Shown in pieces: positions 50,455 through 63,416 of a stretch of 64,000 nt of DNA. The position numbers and the translations under genes are program-made. Below the pieces are notes generated by a model. It searched no databases, was not told the origin of the DNA, and saw only the letters and a list, made by a program, of their open reading frames with translations. The first letter of the stretch is position 1. Each line of letters opens with the position of its first letter. Source of the stretch: Felis catus (lineage: Eukaryota); NCBI RefSeq assembly GCF_018350175.1, contig NC_058368.1, positions 125,614,001 to 125,678,000 on the forward strand. The letters run 5' to 3'.

Positions 50455-50522
50455 GATGATATTATTATTATGATATTATGATATTTTTTGATATGATATT
50501 ATAATTATGATATTATTATTAT
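50455..50522. repeat. Degenerate (GATATTAT)n low-complexity repeat
   Basis: GATGATATTATTATTATGATATTATGATATT... Confidence 0.7.
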
Positions 50523-51431
50523 GGAGGATGTGTTATGAAGAGATACAAACAAAGAATAACTGACCACAAAAGGGTCACAGCAACATTTGAGCAGGTTCTT
50601 AAAGGCTTAGTGGGGTATTTCCTGCAATGAAAGAAGTTTAGTGCAGGCAGAGAACCACACATTCAGAGACATGGAATGGTGAAAGGACCCAGGATGTGAA
50701 AGGAATAGCTGGAATCACAGGGGCCTGCAGTGCAGGGTGTGTTCATGGGATGGGTCTGGTTTGGGGTACAGGCAAGAGAACTGGTAGTAGAGGAAGCTGG
50801 GAAGTAGAAAGGCTCCAAATGGCACATTTGGGGTGCTTGTGTTTGTCAGAAGTAGGGTTTGGATAGTTGTGGGTTGGCTAGCACATAGATCAAAAGAGGC
50901 CTGCAGAGTTTGGCCAAGTCCAACTGCTAAAAATATATGGTTAGGTCAGGATTTGGTAATTGATCTCAGATTGCTCCACATCTGGAAAATTGGTCTAGGA
51001 GGACAAAAGACAAGCAGGATGTGAGCACCACTAGTCAGAACTGAAAATGAGTCCAAGATCAGGGTAAACAGAGGCTCAAACAGCAGCCACAGGAAACTGT
51101 CAGCATTTTTTTAGTCATTTAAGACTGGCCCTCAAGGGTGGGAATGCCAGTGCTGGTAAGAGAGGAGGGCTACTTGGCAGAGACTTGATCAATGGCACAA
51201 TCCAAGACACTAGGTACTAAGCATTCAGGATCTAATCAGGTTGGTCATGTGGCAATCCATTATCCAGTGAGCCCCTGGTCTAAAGCTTTCTCATAACCCC
51301 TGAGTGAGACATTGTCTCTGGGATATGTTTAAAGGCTAAACCTGAGGGAAGAATTAAGCCTCCCAGCCTTTATTATCTAAAAGTATGTAAGACCATAGAA
51401 AAGCACCCCACTTCTTTGTTTAATAGGCAGA

Positions 51432-51822
51432 TATGTTAGGCTCTCCAGAGAAGCAGAACCAGTAGGATGCATATATTTAGAGAAAGAGACTTAATTGAAG
51501 GAATTGGCTCATGCCATCATGATAGCTGGCAAGTGCAAAACCTTCAGGCTGGGCATCTGGGGAGAGCCAGTGTTGTAGCACAAGTTCATCAGCCGGCAGA
51601 ATTCCTTCTTGCTCAGGGGAGGTCAGTCTTTTGTTTTATTCAGGCCTTCAATTGATTGAGATGAGGCCACTCGTATTATGGAAGGCAATCTGCTTTACTC
51701 ATCCTCCAATGTAAATGTTAATTTCTTCCTAAAACACCCTGACAGAAACATCCAGCATAATGCTTGCTGAAACATCTGGGCATCATGGCCTGGCCAAGTT
51801 GCCAAATAAATTAACCATCACA
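51432..51822 (-). mobile_element. MLT2B-like (ERVL) solo LTR
   Basis: TTAGGCTCTCCAGAGAAGCAGAACCAGTAGGA...AAGGAATTGGCTCATG...CCAAGTTGCCAAATAAATTAACCATCACA. Confidence 0.85.
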
Positions 51823-51993
51823 ACAGGTGAGATATAAATGCGAGAGATCTAACATTTATGAATAAGTTTTACAAATGAGTAATATAAATAGGAAATAAAA
51901 AAAGGATTCAAATTAAATTAATTTGCTGGAGTACTCTTCATTCATTATAAGCCAGTTTTTAATAGAATATAGATTTTATATCTGTATTTCTCT

Positions 51994-52027
51994 GTGTGTG
52001 TGTGTGTGTGTGTCTGTGTGTGTGTGT
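51994..52027. repeat. (TG)n microsatellite, one interruption
   Basis: Direct reading. Confidence 0.9.
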
Positions 52028-52149
52028 TAGAGAGGAGGGGGCATGTTTTATGTATGCTTTTTATGAAACCATCCTGGAGATTTTTCTTTTTACCTAACTG
52101 TATCAGTTGGACCATTTTAGCTATCTTTAATGGTAATTGGTACCATTTA

Positions 52150-52196
52150 AGTACTTTAATGATTAGTACTTTAATGATGATAAGTACTTTAATGAT
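52150..52196. repeat. Three copies of AGTACTTTAATGAT
   Basis: Copies at 52150, 52165 and 52183. Confidence 0.9.
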
Positions 52197-54529
52197 TAAT
52201 GTTTCCTATGACTGACTGGTTGTCTGATATACCAGTATGTGTATCAATAGTTATAAATGTCAGTCAGCCATACTGATATGGAGGTATGGGCTAGAACTTT
52301 CCACTCTTAGTCCATGAATCAGTAGCTCAAAACAGTTGTAGACCCAATTACTTCAGTCACCTGGAAATTTGTAAGCAAGCAGAATCCTAAGGTTCTCCCA
52401 ACCTGCAAATCAGAACCCACATTTAATACTTGTATTAAAATAAAAAGCAAAACAAAACAAAACATGGGTTTAGAATACCCATTGGGTGCATTACTCAAAT
52501 GGCCAGCTCTCTGAAGCATCTTCTTTACTCACAGAAAATGAGAGAAAATACTCTTAAAATTCCCTTTTAAAAATCAATATATGAATCCCATCAACATAGA
52601 GCCTCTATTGACAGAGCCAGCCCATGATGGAAGGCTTTTCAATCTGGATTATTCTAAGAATTATTTTGCATCATCAATCCAACATTTGTTTTCACGCTTT
52701 AGCTCTTTTACATAGATCTCTTGAAAACCATTGATCACACATGTTAGACCCTACTTCAAGTCACTCCATGCCTTACATCTAGCCTGCAGGACATGTCCAA
52801 AATTCCTTTTATTTTATTTACCATTTGATGAATGGATGTCATGTCTTCCCACAGGACTTAGGACCTTGAAGACAAGGACTGAGTCACACTTTTTCTCCAT
52901 TTTCCTTGTCTACTGCTCTGCGCACAATAAGAGCTTAATTAACATTTGTTTATAGTGTAGTTTGGCCTATGAAGGAGCAGCCTATTGCTCCTCCAACCCC
53001 AAATGAATCATATTATAAGAAAACTCTGAATACAATATTTTAGTGGAAGTATTTTTCATGGCATAAACATTATCTAAGTCATTGGTAATAGCCAACTAAC
53101 CAATTTCTTCATGTTAAAATTTTAAAAAGTCATTTTATGTATTTTCTGTTACATTTTAATTCACTTCTCATTTTTATTTTGATGAAAGGAAAAGTGAAAG
53201 TGCAAGATAAATGTAATTTTAAGGCATACAGTAAATTATAAAGATTTTCTTTATAAGGTTGCCCTTCAAAAGCCTACTTTATGTTTTTCTTTTGGTGTCT
53301 TTAATTTCCCTTCTCCCTTTCTGTTCTGTACCCCTGACTGTTTTGTCTCTGAATAATGACAAAATATTCACTTTCTGTGAATATCAATTTGCCACACATT
53401 TTCCTAATGGGTCAAAGTGTAAAGTTTTCAAGGTATGATTTTTTTGTGATAGTTTTCAAGGGGGAAAAGGTGTCTATTTAAGCAGACTCATTAAAAGGGC
53501 CCCTTGAATAAACTATGTACAGAAGACCTTCTTTAATTTCAATGATTAAAACCAGATTGAATGATACATTTGAATTTCACAAAGCCGTCTAAAACTGTGA
53601 ACACCATTGTAATTATAGAATACTTGGAGATCACCAAGTGAACCGCAAACATGCTCTATTCACTCTTTTTTTCTGTACAGTAGATTTGAGAAACGATACG
53701 GAATCTCTCGAGGGGCATAATATCCTAACATTTATAGAGAACACCACATCAAAATAAAAAGTGTTAGTGCATTACATATCTTTAAAGATGACTCTAGAAT
53801 AACCTTGCCTTAAAAAAAAAAAGGGGGGGGTGTTACAGATGACAACACTTCCTGTTACCCATCTCTGGACCCTGATTCCCCACCTCCCACCACATACACC
53901 CCTTTGCCTTCATTCACTTTCCATGTTAAATCAGAGATTTAACAGTCTCACCTGACAATACCCCTCCCTTAGGGTTGTTCAGGTTTAGCAGAGGTACTAG
54001 CACTAGACCCTTTCAAATCTACCTTTGTTTAGCCCTTCAGTTTTATTTCTCACCATATCCTCCTTCAACTTAGGATTCAGCCTTAAAATGAAGAATATTT
54101 TGGTGTTTTGTGAACATACCCTGTCTTCTTTTGCTCCAGGCTTTAGCAAATCACATTCCCAGCTCTTCTGATTCTCCCCTTAGCCAATCTTTTTCCAAGT
54201 CAGTTGCTCTCAAGACTGTCTTTACCACCCAGGGTGCTTAAACAATAGGGAAGTAACAACAAACAACTGATGCCTACACTCCATCACACCCATGAAATCT
54301 AGATGTCCTAGGCTCAGATTTATTGAAATCTTTCCAGGTTAGTTAATGTATATTAGTTAAGAAGTCCTGAAGCTAAAATTTTTCTTTTCCTGTAGAAGCC
54401 ATATGTCTTTTTCTTCCTCCAGGAAGTTTTTCTTGGGTTTCTCAAGACTGGGTTGGGACTCTTCATTTATATATTTTTATGTTTTTATTTATTTATTTTT
54501 TTTGTGGTGCTATTAATTGCATCATTCAA

Positions 54530-55760
54530 AACATACCTACTGATGCTAACTATATGAAGGTACAGTGCCAAGTACCTGGGAAATTGTCATGAAGAAACAA
54601 AACCAGACTGTTTTCATGAAGCTTGGTATCTAGTGATAATCACCTATTCAAACAAATTATAAATTGTGAAAAGGGCTGTGAAGTGAAAGGAAAGGATGCT
54701 GTGAATAAACAGGTGGGTGGAAGGGTAAGGAAGACATTTTTGAGGAAGTGGCATTTAAATTGATAACTAAAGGGCCTCCTGGATGGCTCAGTCTGTTGAA
54801 TGTCTGACTTCCGCTCAGGTCATGATCTCTCGGTTCCTGGGTTTGGGCACACGTCAGTCTCTGCTGACAGCTTGGAACCTGGAGTCTGCTTTAGATTCTG
54901 TGTCTCCCCCTATCTTGGGCCCTCCCCTGCTCATGCTCATGTTCTGTCTGTCTCTCTCTCAAAAATAAACATTAAAAAAATTTAAATTGGTACCTAAAGA
55001 ATGACTGGAGATTAGGCAACTGTCAGTGTTGGCGAGAGAATATTCTGGACTTAAGATAGAGTGTATGAATGGGTTCTAGAATGGTGCCCTTGAGGAGCTA
55101 AACTGAAAGGCTGGTAAATGGCTATCAGAGGAGAGAATGATATGAAATGAGACTCTAGAGGAAGCAGAAGCAAGTCCACACGAGGTCTTGAATTTTATCT
55201 TAAGTGCAATGGAAAACTAATAAAAGATATTTTAAGAAGAGCAGAATAAACATGTTAAATACATTAAAATAAAAATTAAAATCTAAAAATACATTTAAAA
55301 ATAGTCCCAACTTTTATATTGAACATAGACTGGAATGGAACAAAAGCCAATAGGAGGAAAACCAAATAAAAGCCTAGTGTAGCAAACTCAGACATATCTA
55401 ATAGAGGCCCACCAAGGAGCCAGCCATACAGATGGAGAGAAGTGGAAGTATCTGAAATAAATGTAGTTTGTAGAAATAATCAGCAGGACTTAAAACGAGT
55501 TGTGTGTGCTGGCTAAAGGGGAGAGAGAGAGGTCATAGAGGACTCCTAGTTTCTGGGTGAGGAATTGGGTAAGTACAATTGTACTTATTTCCTGAAAAAG
55601 AGAAGTGGAAGAGGAACAAGTCTACTGAAAAAATAAACACAACAATTCATTATTGAAAATCACAGTTCTGCAATGCATATGAGATGGTCATCTGGAGATT
55701 TCAAGTTGGTAGTGTCTTTCTGGGTCTGGAACTTAAAAGAGAGAATTTAGGCCAGGACTT
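54530..55760 (-). mobile_element. L2 remnant split by a SINE
   Basis: CATTCAAAACATACCTACTGATGC...GAGGAAGTGGCATTTAAATTG...GAATTTTATCTTAAGTGCAATGGAAAAC...CAGCAGGACTT. Confidence 0.6.
54772..54980 (+). mobile_element. Can-SINE
   Basis: GGATGGCTCAGTCTGTTGAATGTCTGACTTCCGCTCAGGTCATGATCTC; TSD TTTAAATTGATAACTAAAG / TTTAAATTGGTACCTAAAG. Confidence 0.9.
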
Positions 55761-55909
55761 ATTAGTATATTCTACTGAATAGTAATTGCCTATTTTTTTT
55801 TACTTCTCTGCCCCTGTCCTCTCCTTCCTACTGGACTAATCATTATTTGAAGACTAAGATTCCCAGCAATGTAGTGTCCTCTTTGTTGAATAGATTAGTG
55901 AGTACCCAT

Positions 55910-56160
55910 AGTATACTAATGAGTAATGTTTATTGAACACTGGCACTGTGTTAGCCGTTATTTCAGCACTCCACATGTGTGGTTGCATTTCATCTTCACT
56001 ACAACCTTAGGTGACAGGAACCCTTGTTAGTTCCATAGTATAACTGAGAACATTGGGGCACAGAGTTTTCCTAACTTTCCTATGCTCTCCCAGATAGTGT
56101 GCAGAAGAGCCATGATTCCAAGCCAGGTAGACTGACTCCACAGACTGTACACTTAGAGCT
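55910..56160 (-). mobile_element. MIR
   Basis: AATGTTTATTGAACACTGGCACTGTG...CATCTTCACTACAACCTT...GATTCCAAGCCAGGTAGACTGACTCC. Confidence 0.65.
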
Positions 56161-56402
56161 CCTGTATGTATTTTATAATATATTGGAAACTGCAGTGGAC
56201 ACCATATAGATGCTCGTTGAATGGAGCGTTTTAAAATGCCTTTTTCTGAAATGCTCTTCCTTGATAAGATGGTATTGATGGTGATGAACTCCTGAAGTCT
56301 TGACAAAGGGAGTTATTTGCAGGGCATGTATTGTATTTTCTGTTTCTCACCACCTTCTGAGGTTTCCATGATCCCTCAGGCAGCAGGCAGCTCCATGCTT
56401 GC

Positions 56403-56422
56403 TTTTCTTTCTTTCTTTCTTC

Positions 56423-56513
<91 letters not shown>

Positions 56514-56515
56514 TT
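56403..56515. repeat. (TTTC)n tetranucleotide microsatellite, ~27 units
   Basis: Direct reading. Confidence 0.95.
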
Positions 56516-56665
56516 GAGAGAACCCATGGGGGAGGGGCAGAGGGAAAGGGAGACAGAGAGAATTCCAAGCAGACTCCATGGGGTTCAAACTCAAGACAGT
56601 AAGATCATGACCTGAGCAAAAATCAAGAGTTGGTTGCTCACCCAACTGATCCACCCAGGTGTCCC
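56403..56665 (-). mobile_element. Can-SINE whose tail is a (GAAA)n array
   Basis: Reverse head ...CCACCCAGGTGTCCC; tail replaced by (TTTC)n; partial TSD CTCCATGC/CTCCGTGC. Confidence 0.88.
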
Positions 56666-57098
56666 TCCGTGCCATTTTTAAGGGAGTGTAGTGACTGCAT
56701 ACTTACTGTCTTCTGTCTTGCTGTACTCATGTTCTACTTACATATGTCTTTTACCCTGTAGCATTCAGCAGGGTAGAATAAGCAGAGTAATTGTTTATAA
56801 TTGTATTACTAGAAAATTCTAGTATGTTTATGATGGTAACTAACTGATCCTTTAGATTCAATTTTAGAGATTTAAATGTGGGAAAATAAATCCATCTTGG
56901 GGATTACCTTTCATAAGCAAATCAACATAGGTTAACTCTGTCTACTTGCTTCAGTAGATAATACTTGAAGCTAATCTCTGTGAGTCTTAAGTGAAGAAAT
57001 CTGGGAAAATAAAGTTACTTTGCTCTTAACTGATACAACTTATAAGAGGTTTTTGACATTTGTATTATCAGCTAGAAGTCTGTCTGCTGGTTGTTTTA

Positions 57099-57326
57099 TT
57101 TTTTTAGGAAGATTATCTTTTTTTAAAAAATGTTTACTTATTTTTAAGAGAGAGACAGAGAGAGAGCAGGAGGGTGGAACAGAGATAGAGAGACACAGAA
57201 TCCAAAGCAGGCTTCAGGCTCTGAGCTGTCAGTACAGAGCCTGACACGGGCTCTAACTCACGAACCAGGAGATCGTGACCTGAGCCAAAGTCAGACGCTT
57301 AACTGACTGAGCCACCCAGGTGCCCC
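57099..57326 (-). mobile_element. Can-SINE with interrupted tail
   Basis: Full reverse body; TSD TGCTGGTTGTTTTA (57085-57098) / TGCTGGTTATTTTA (57328-57341). Confidence 0.92.
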
Positions 57327-57349
57327 GTGCTGGTTATTTTAAATCTTCC

Positions 57350-58190
57350 TTTTCAGATCCACTGTCCCTCCTTTTTTTAAAGCCTGCTCTGCACACCAGG
57401 GAGACTGGACTCTAAGGCCAAGCCTTTTGCTCTCTGCCTTTCTTTTGGGATTGACTAATGGAGAAACTAGCAGGAAACTGGAGGATAAAAGGAGACAGAA
57501 GCTGTGGTAATTTGTCCTTGGCTCCCCTTCTGCCAGGACATTGGCTGGTGGTGGCTGTGTTCTTCACCAAATATCATAGTTCCTATAGAGTGGCCCTGTC
57601 CTATAGTTAGAAATCTTACCAGAGTCCAGTAGCTGCTCTATCCTTTGCCACTTCAGGTCTAGAGGTAGTAATGGTTCACCACTGTTGTTAAGTCTAGTTG
57701 GTGCAGGATCTTGTCTCTAAGGACCATGTGGTATGCCATCTACAGCCAACACTGACGACCTCATTCCACCCACTGCTGAGAGGATTGCCCTTAGTCAAAG
57801 GAAGACATCTTGGCCAAGTTCTCCAGGGGGCAGTCAGCATCCAGTGACTGGTCTACTTGAAGTGGGTAAAGACCTGACCCTCTGGCCTGAAAAAGGCACA
57901 ATTTTGAAGAGCCATACCAAGTTCAGAGTTCCCTGTGGGCTGGATAGAAGTCTTTGTTGTAATTGCATCAAGGTTGGGCACCTCCTTCTGCCCAGTCTTG
58001 CTTCCTTACTCTTACAAGTGTTGATCCCAAGGTCATTACCTGATAACCTTCTACAAGAAAATCTCCAACTCAGAGATTGAAATCTCCATTTCCACCAAGA
58101 CACTACCTATTCCTTTAGTAAGAGTCTTCACTAACCCCTTTTTAATCACCAACTTGAGTGCGCTATTGGTTTCTTCTTCAGATACTGACA
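57350..58190 (+). mobile_element. LTR33-like LTR interrupted by an LTR16-like LTR (~57700-58102)
   Basis: LTR33 motifs CCTGCTCTGCAC...CTTCAGGTCTAGAGGTAGTAATGG, resuming ...ACTTGAGTGCGCTATTGGTTTC...CTGACA; insert has CAGCATCCAGTGACTGG...CCTTCTGCCCAGTCTTGCTTCCTT...CTCAGAG. Confidence 0.6.
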
Positions 58191-58480
58191 TATATACTCA
58201 TTTTTGAATCAGAGCATCTGAAGAAATCTTAACTTGTTCCATGTACAACTTGCTTTTAGCAAAATTTGCAGATGCAATGGGAGGGAATTAATATTCTAGG
58301 TTAATCTGGACCATTGACCAGATCAAGGAAAATTTATTTTATAAAGTAAATGAGAGAGAAACCTGAAATAAGTGTCCTAGCCAGCTTAAACCTTACACCA
58401 AGAGTGTTTATATTAATATACCAATATTGAAGTTTTTACAAATAATTACATGAAAGCTAAATCTGGATTTTTGGAAATAA

Positions 58481-58655
58481 TTTTTTTAATGTTTATTTTT
58501 GAGGGTGGGTGGGGCAGGGAGAGAGGGACACAGGATTCAAAGGAGGCTCTGTGCTGACAGCAGTGAGTCTGATGCGGGGCTCGAGCTCACCAACCATGAG
58601 ATCATGACTTGAGCTGAAGTCAGATACTCAACCGGCTGAGCCACCCAGTTGCCCC
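58481..58655 (-). mobile_element. Can-SINE
   Basis: Reverse body ending GAGCCACCCAGTTGCCCC; TSD GAAATAATTTTT / GAAATATTTTT. Confidence 0.9.
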
Positions 58656-59706
58656 TAGAAATATTTTTGAAACATGGTTGTTGTTCTGTAGTCATAGGCC
58701 CAAAATGGGCCTTGCGACAAAATTCTTATAATATAATTACAAGCCATCTTGATGGAGAAGTTAGGACAGTGTCTAGTACATAATAAGTACTCAAAAAATA
58801 CTGAAAGAATATATGAACAAAACCCATGCATATTTATTGGGAGCTCTCTGATGAACTCAAATAAATAAAGCAATATTTTTTTTTAAAACATAGAAAGAAA
58901 AACACCCAACATAGAATGATATGAAAGATTGACAATGCCCAAGGGCTTAGGACAGATGGTGTAATGACAGGAGAAAGTAGAAGAATAATACATCTTCTTT
59001 TGTTTCCTCTTCTTCTTCTTTTTTATTATTATTATTTTTTCAGCAAACAAAATAATCTTTAACCTAGGAAGGGAAGCATAGGTGTGTTTAATTTGTGAAG
59101 TAGTCTATTCTAGTCAGATAATTAAATTAAGAGCATAACTTACATGCCTTCAACAAATTCACATTTTCAACTGAGACAAATTATACCTAAGTCTGAACTT
59201 CCAGCCTTATTTGAAGACCATGGCATGGCCTTCACAAGGATGTTTGAAAGGAGTCCTTCACTGGGCAGTAAGTTGGATAAATAATCCAAGATATCTCATC
59301 TAATATTTTAGTTCTATTATTTGAAATGTTTTCACCACACTTGGGTGAGAGATATTATTCAAATTTAAACCATTCTTTTTTTTTTTTTGAAGAGATAATT
59401 CAGAAGGTTGCACTGCTTGAGTCAGGGAATGCTTAGGTAAGATGTCTTGGGAAGAGGAGGAAGAATGACTACAAAACTAGGAAGACTAAGTAGCTACATA
59501 TAGTCCTGTTGTTATTATTCCTGTCCAAGATTCACTTTGAAAACTTTAAAGCATTTTATTATGGTGACTATTTAGAGAAGTTAAATGATTTGGAATTAGG
59601 AAAAAGAGTGCCTTAGACTGAAACATAATGATTCAAATATTTTGTCTATATAATCATCATCATCATCATCATCCTAATAATAGCAATCACAAATTCTTCA
59701 TACTTG

Positions 59707-59866
59707 GGGGTGCCTGGGTGGCTCAGTTGGTTAAGTGTCTGACTTTGGCTCAGGTCATGATCTCACAGCTCATGGGTTCAAACCCCACTCTGTGAACCTG
59801 GAGCCTGGAGCCTGCTTTGGATCCTGTGTCTCCCTCTCTCTCTCTGCCCCTCCTCCACTCACAGTC

Positions 59867-59905
<39 letters not shown>

Positions 59906-59930
59906 AGTTAATAAACATTAAAAAATAAAT
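59707..59930 (+). mobile_element. Can-SINE with long (CT)n
   Basis: GGGGTGCCTGGGTGGCTCAGTTGGTTAAG; TSD AAATTCTTCATACTTG / AAATTCTTCACATTTG; (ATC)n just upstream at ~59653-59673. Confidence 0.93.
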
Positions 59931-62900
59931 AAATTCTTCACATTTGCTTATGTAAAACTAAGCAAAATTTGTGTTTTGACTCAACTGTCTGCACTGAGTT
60001 GATGGTGAGGAAAAAATTTGTGTCAAGTAATTGTAAGAGATTATTGGTTTGATAAAACAGTTGATTAACTTTTTTCATGCTTGAACTGGTTGTGACTCCA
60101 CTTCAGAAATTATTTTTGTCTTGTGTAATGACCAGCTATTTTCCATGATCTCCTGAGAACACAGGGAGAATGAGTGTCAACTGCAGGAGGCAATTTTCCA
60201 GCCAATAAAGATGAAATTCTGAGTTCTAGATTATGTTATTAAGTGTGTTTACAAACTCTTTCCCAGTGTACCTTAGAAAAGAGACAAATGTCTGTCTTGG
60301 ATGGCATAATTACAGCGCCATTCTGTGCACAGTGGGGTCTCAACTCAGAGGTACAAACATGATTTGTTATTAAAGGATAGAGAATCAGCATTTGTGCACC
60401 TTAAGAACAGAAAAGGAGTCAGTTAGAGACCAAGTGTCTTGCCTAAGCTGAGAGGTAGTGTGGAAATGAATTCCTTCCTCCCTTATGACAGAACAGGTAG
60501 CATGTTATGCTTCCTATTTTAGAAATCTAATAATCACTCTTTGCATATGGGGTCCTATTCCTTGTCTATATTTGTTACAGACCATTCATCTTTTGAGGTA
60601 AATGACATTGTTCTTTTTTTTATAAGGTATCAGAATGACCTTAATCCTTCCAGATGGACATTCCCAAGGTATTTTTGAGAGGCAGCCAGGGAAGGCAAGT
60701 GTGACTTTTGACAGTCTGGTGACCTCTGCACGACCCACACTGGAACTGCCTGGAAAGGCCGAGACTATGTTTCTGCTCCCAGAGTTCAGATGGTGACTCA
60801 TCAGGGGCCAGGCAAGCATGAGTAATTCCAAGTTGCAAATGGCAATATATGAATGCAAATCTCTGTTTTCCTGTTAGCCTTGTTCTAGTCAGTTTTTACA
60901 GAAGCAGAATGGCACCTATTATCTGGCCACATTTTTGCTTTACATGACTCCCAACAAATGATGTGTCACTGAGGATAATACATGTTTACTCTCCATATAC
61001 CCTATAAAAGAACATAGAACTAATTGGGAAGGAAAATATTTATGCACATGCACATACATGTATATATGCCCTATTCTGTCATTCTGATAGCTTAGGATGA
61101 CTTCTTCATATTGCCCTTTAATCTAATAAATGGTCTTCATAACTAGGTTCTCTGTCTGAAGTGGTAGGAAAGTAACCTGGCTAATGGAAAAAAAAAAAAG
61201 CCACAGCACCATATCAGCTTCTGATATGGAACAGTGTGACAAAGACAGGCCCACCCTAATTTCTCTGCTTCCTCAAGTCCAGCTGGCAGGGCAGGGCCCC
61301 CGGCCCTCCTTGCCAGAAGTTGTAGGAGTAATATAAATCTCGCACATGCTTTGAGTAGTGACACAGGGTTCTTGTGCCCTATTGAGTGGCGATCTTCCAG
61401 TGTTTCATAGCCATGAAAGTGCCATAAGCAAAGAAATTGTTGGAGTCCCTGAGTCCTGAACTATAGATCTGTCTTCTCACCATCAGAATAGCAGCTCTGA
61501 GAAGTTGCAAATCTAGGGGTCAGGGGCAGGGACAAGTAGCGAGTGGCTGTGTGCCCATGGAGAGGAGAAGGTGGAAGATGGAAGGCCCCACATTGTGGGG
61601 TCTTTCATGGCTGATGCCTACCCCTGTATAACAAGTGCCCTTTCAGGTAAAAGCAATAAGTTTTCTCCTGTTTAAGTAATAGGTGGTGAAGATTTTTATC
61701 TTTGCTTTTGGCAGTGAAGCCATGTGGTCTGGAGAATAAGGATTAGGTTGAGTGCACAACCTAGAGCTAGAATCCTTTGTAGCTGTGTCATGAACAATGG
61801 AGTAAATTTCCCACAGGATGGAGAGGCCTTCCTGTGATTTGTTCACTGTGGTAAGGCTTCAAGCCCACAAAGATTTTGAGAAGTCTTTGAGGACAAGATG
61901 AAGGGGAAATTTTTGAGCCATTATTATTCTGCCTTTCTTCCCCTCTTGTGTCCTGTGAGAGGCCATGTGTGGACACAGATGCCAGGATGTCTACTAGGTT
62001 GGATCTGGACTTCCAGCCAGATTGCTTTCCAAGTCCTACCCTTGGTGCTCAGCCACAGGCATACCTTAAAGAGCAGTCACTCTCCTTGAAGTCCTTTGGC
62101 TAAATAAATCTAAACCTGGACTGTTCTCTGCCTTGGCAAATTGGGATGATTCTCTCTGACCTGCACTTTCTGGACAGGTAGAAAGGGAAGGCATTGATAC
62201 TTCTGCCACTGCTGGGCTACCGAAAGTAAACTTTACTGGCAATTCCAGTGGCTTTAAACTGTTTGGAGGAGGGTATTCTACCAAATTTATTTGGGAAATG
62301 AATTCTTCTCATAGTCCAGAAAGTCAAATAAGTGCATTTTCTTCATCACATTCCTTCAGAATGCTTCAAAATAACCTTAGGGGGCATCTTTTCTCCAGCC
62401 TCCAGTGCAACATGCACATTGACTCTGATCTTAGGTGCATTTGTGAATGATGAAGCACAGCTGAAGACCGTGGCTCTACACACAGGTGAGCTGCAGCACA
62501 GCCTGATTGGGCACACCCTCGAGGTTCACCTTCTGGGTTGGGATTGGCCACATTTCTTGTTTATGTTGTTCCCTTATATCGTTTTCATCAAATTAAATTT
62601 GTTTTGTGTTCTTTCTGGCTTAAAAAATTATAAACTTGGCTTGCGTTCAAGGAAGATAAGCAAGCCAGGATGATTCAAGTTTGGGGCCTGTAATTTTGTC
62701 TTCTGCACACATTGGGCTGCAATCTCACGGTTGAGTCTTCCATATGTGGGGCTGTATAAATAGCAGGGCTTTGTGATATGGAAGCACAGCAGCCTTAAAA
62801 TAGCTGAACTAGAAGATGTTATGATAATGCTATTTTTAAGCTTTATACATCTGTGCAGAGTGCACATCTTATTATGTGTTCATAATGTGTTAACCAAATG

Positions 62901-63306
62901 CCTAGCAGAGAAGGATTGGCTTTGTTTGGAGGAGAACGAGGGTAATGACGAAGCCTCAGTCTGTTGGTGTGCAGAGAAGCAGGAATTAGACAAGAAGTCA
63001 CAGAGCTGGAGAGGCAAGATAACATCCTTAAAACAGTTCTATCTGATAGCTGGCTAGACACACCATAAAAAAGGAGAGAAAATGAATCTTAAATGCTTAC
63101 GTGCCAGATGGCTAAAATCTAAATAACAGTTTTCTATTGTCCAAGGCTATTCACTTGTCAGACTTAGAAATTTCTCTCTTAAAAACTTCCTATCTAGTTA
63201 AATTTTACTTGAATTGATTTTTTGGGGGGTGGGGAGAATGGCATCTAGTAACTTGCCAGCTATGAGATAGAGTAAGTGTGTTTGGATTGAATACAGAAGC
63301 CAAAAT

Positions 63307-63317
63307 CAACAACAACA

Positions 63318-63348
<31 letters not shown>

Positions 63349-63416
63349 CTTCTTCTTCTTCTTCTTCTTCTTCTTCTTCTTCTCCTCCTCCTCCTCCTCC
63401 TCCTTTTTCTTTTTTT
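63307..63416. repeat. Compound microsatellite (CAA)4(CTT)21(CTC)n plus T-run
   Basis: CTT units span 63319-63381. Confidence 0.95.

Noticed and set aside
52150..52196. CRISPR-like direct repeats
   Set aside because: 14-bp units separated by only 1-4 nt: simple slippage duplication.
56231..56675. KKER-repeat and FFLS-repeat ORFs
   Set aside because: Translation of the (TTTC)n microsatellite.
1047..57244. Recurrent short ORFs such as MAQSLERL..., MAHSVKRL..., MAQSVECL...
   Set aside because: They are translations of Can-SINE bodies, not a gene family.
61209..61229. Hairpin CCATATCAG-CTT-CTGATATGG (terminator or pre-miRNA)
   Set aside because: A 9-bp stem is expected by chance in 64 kb and is too short for a pre-miRNA.
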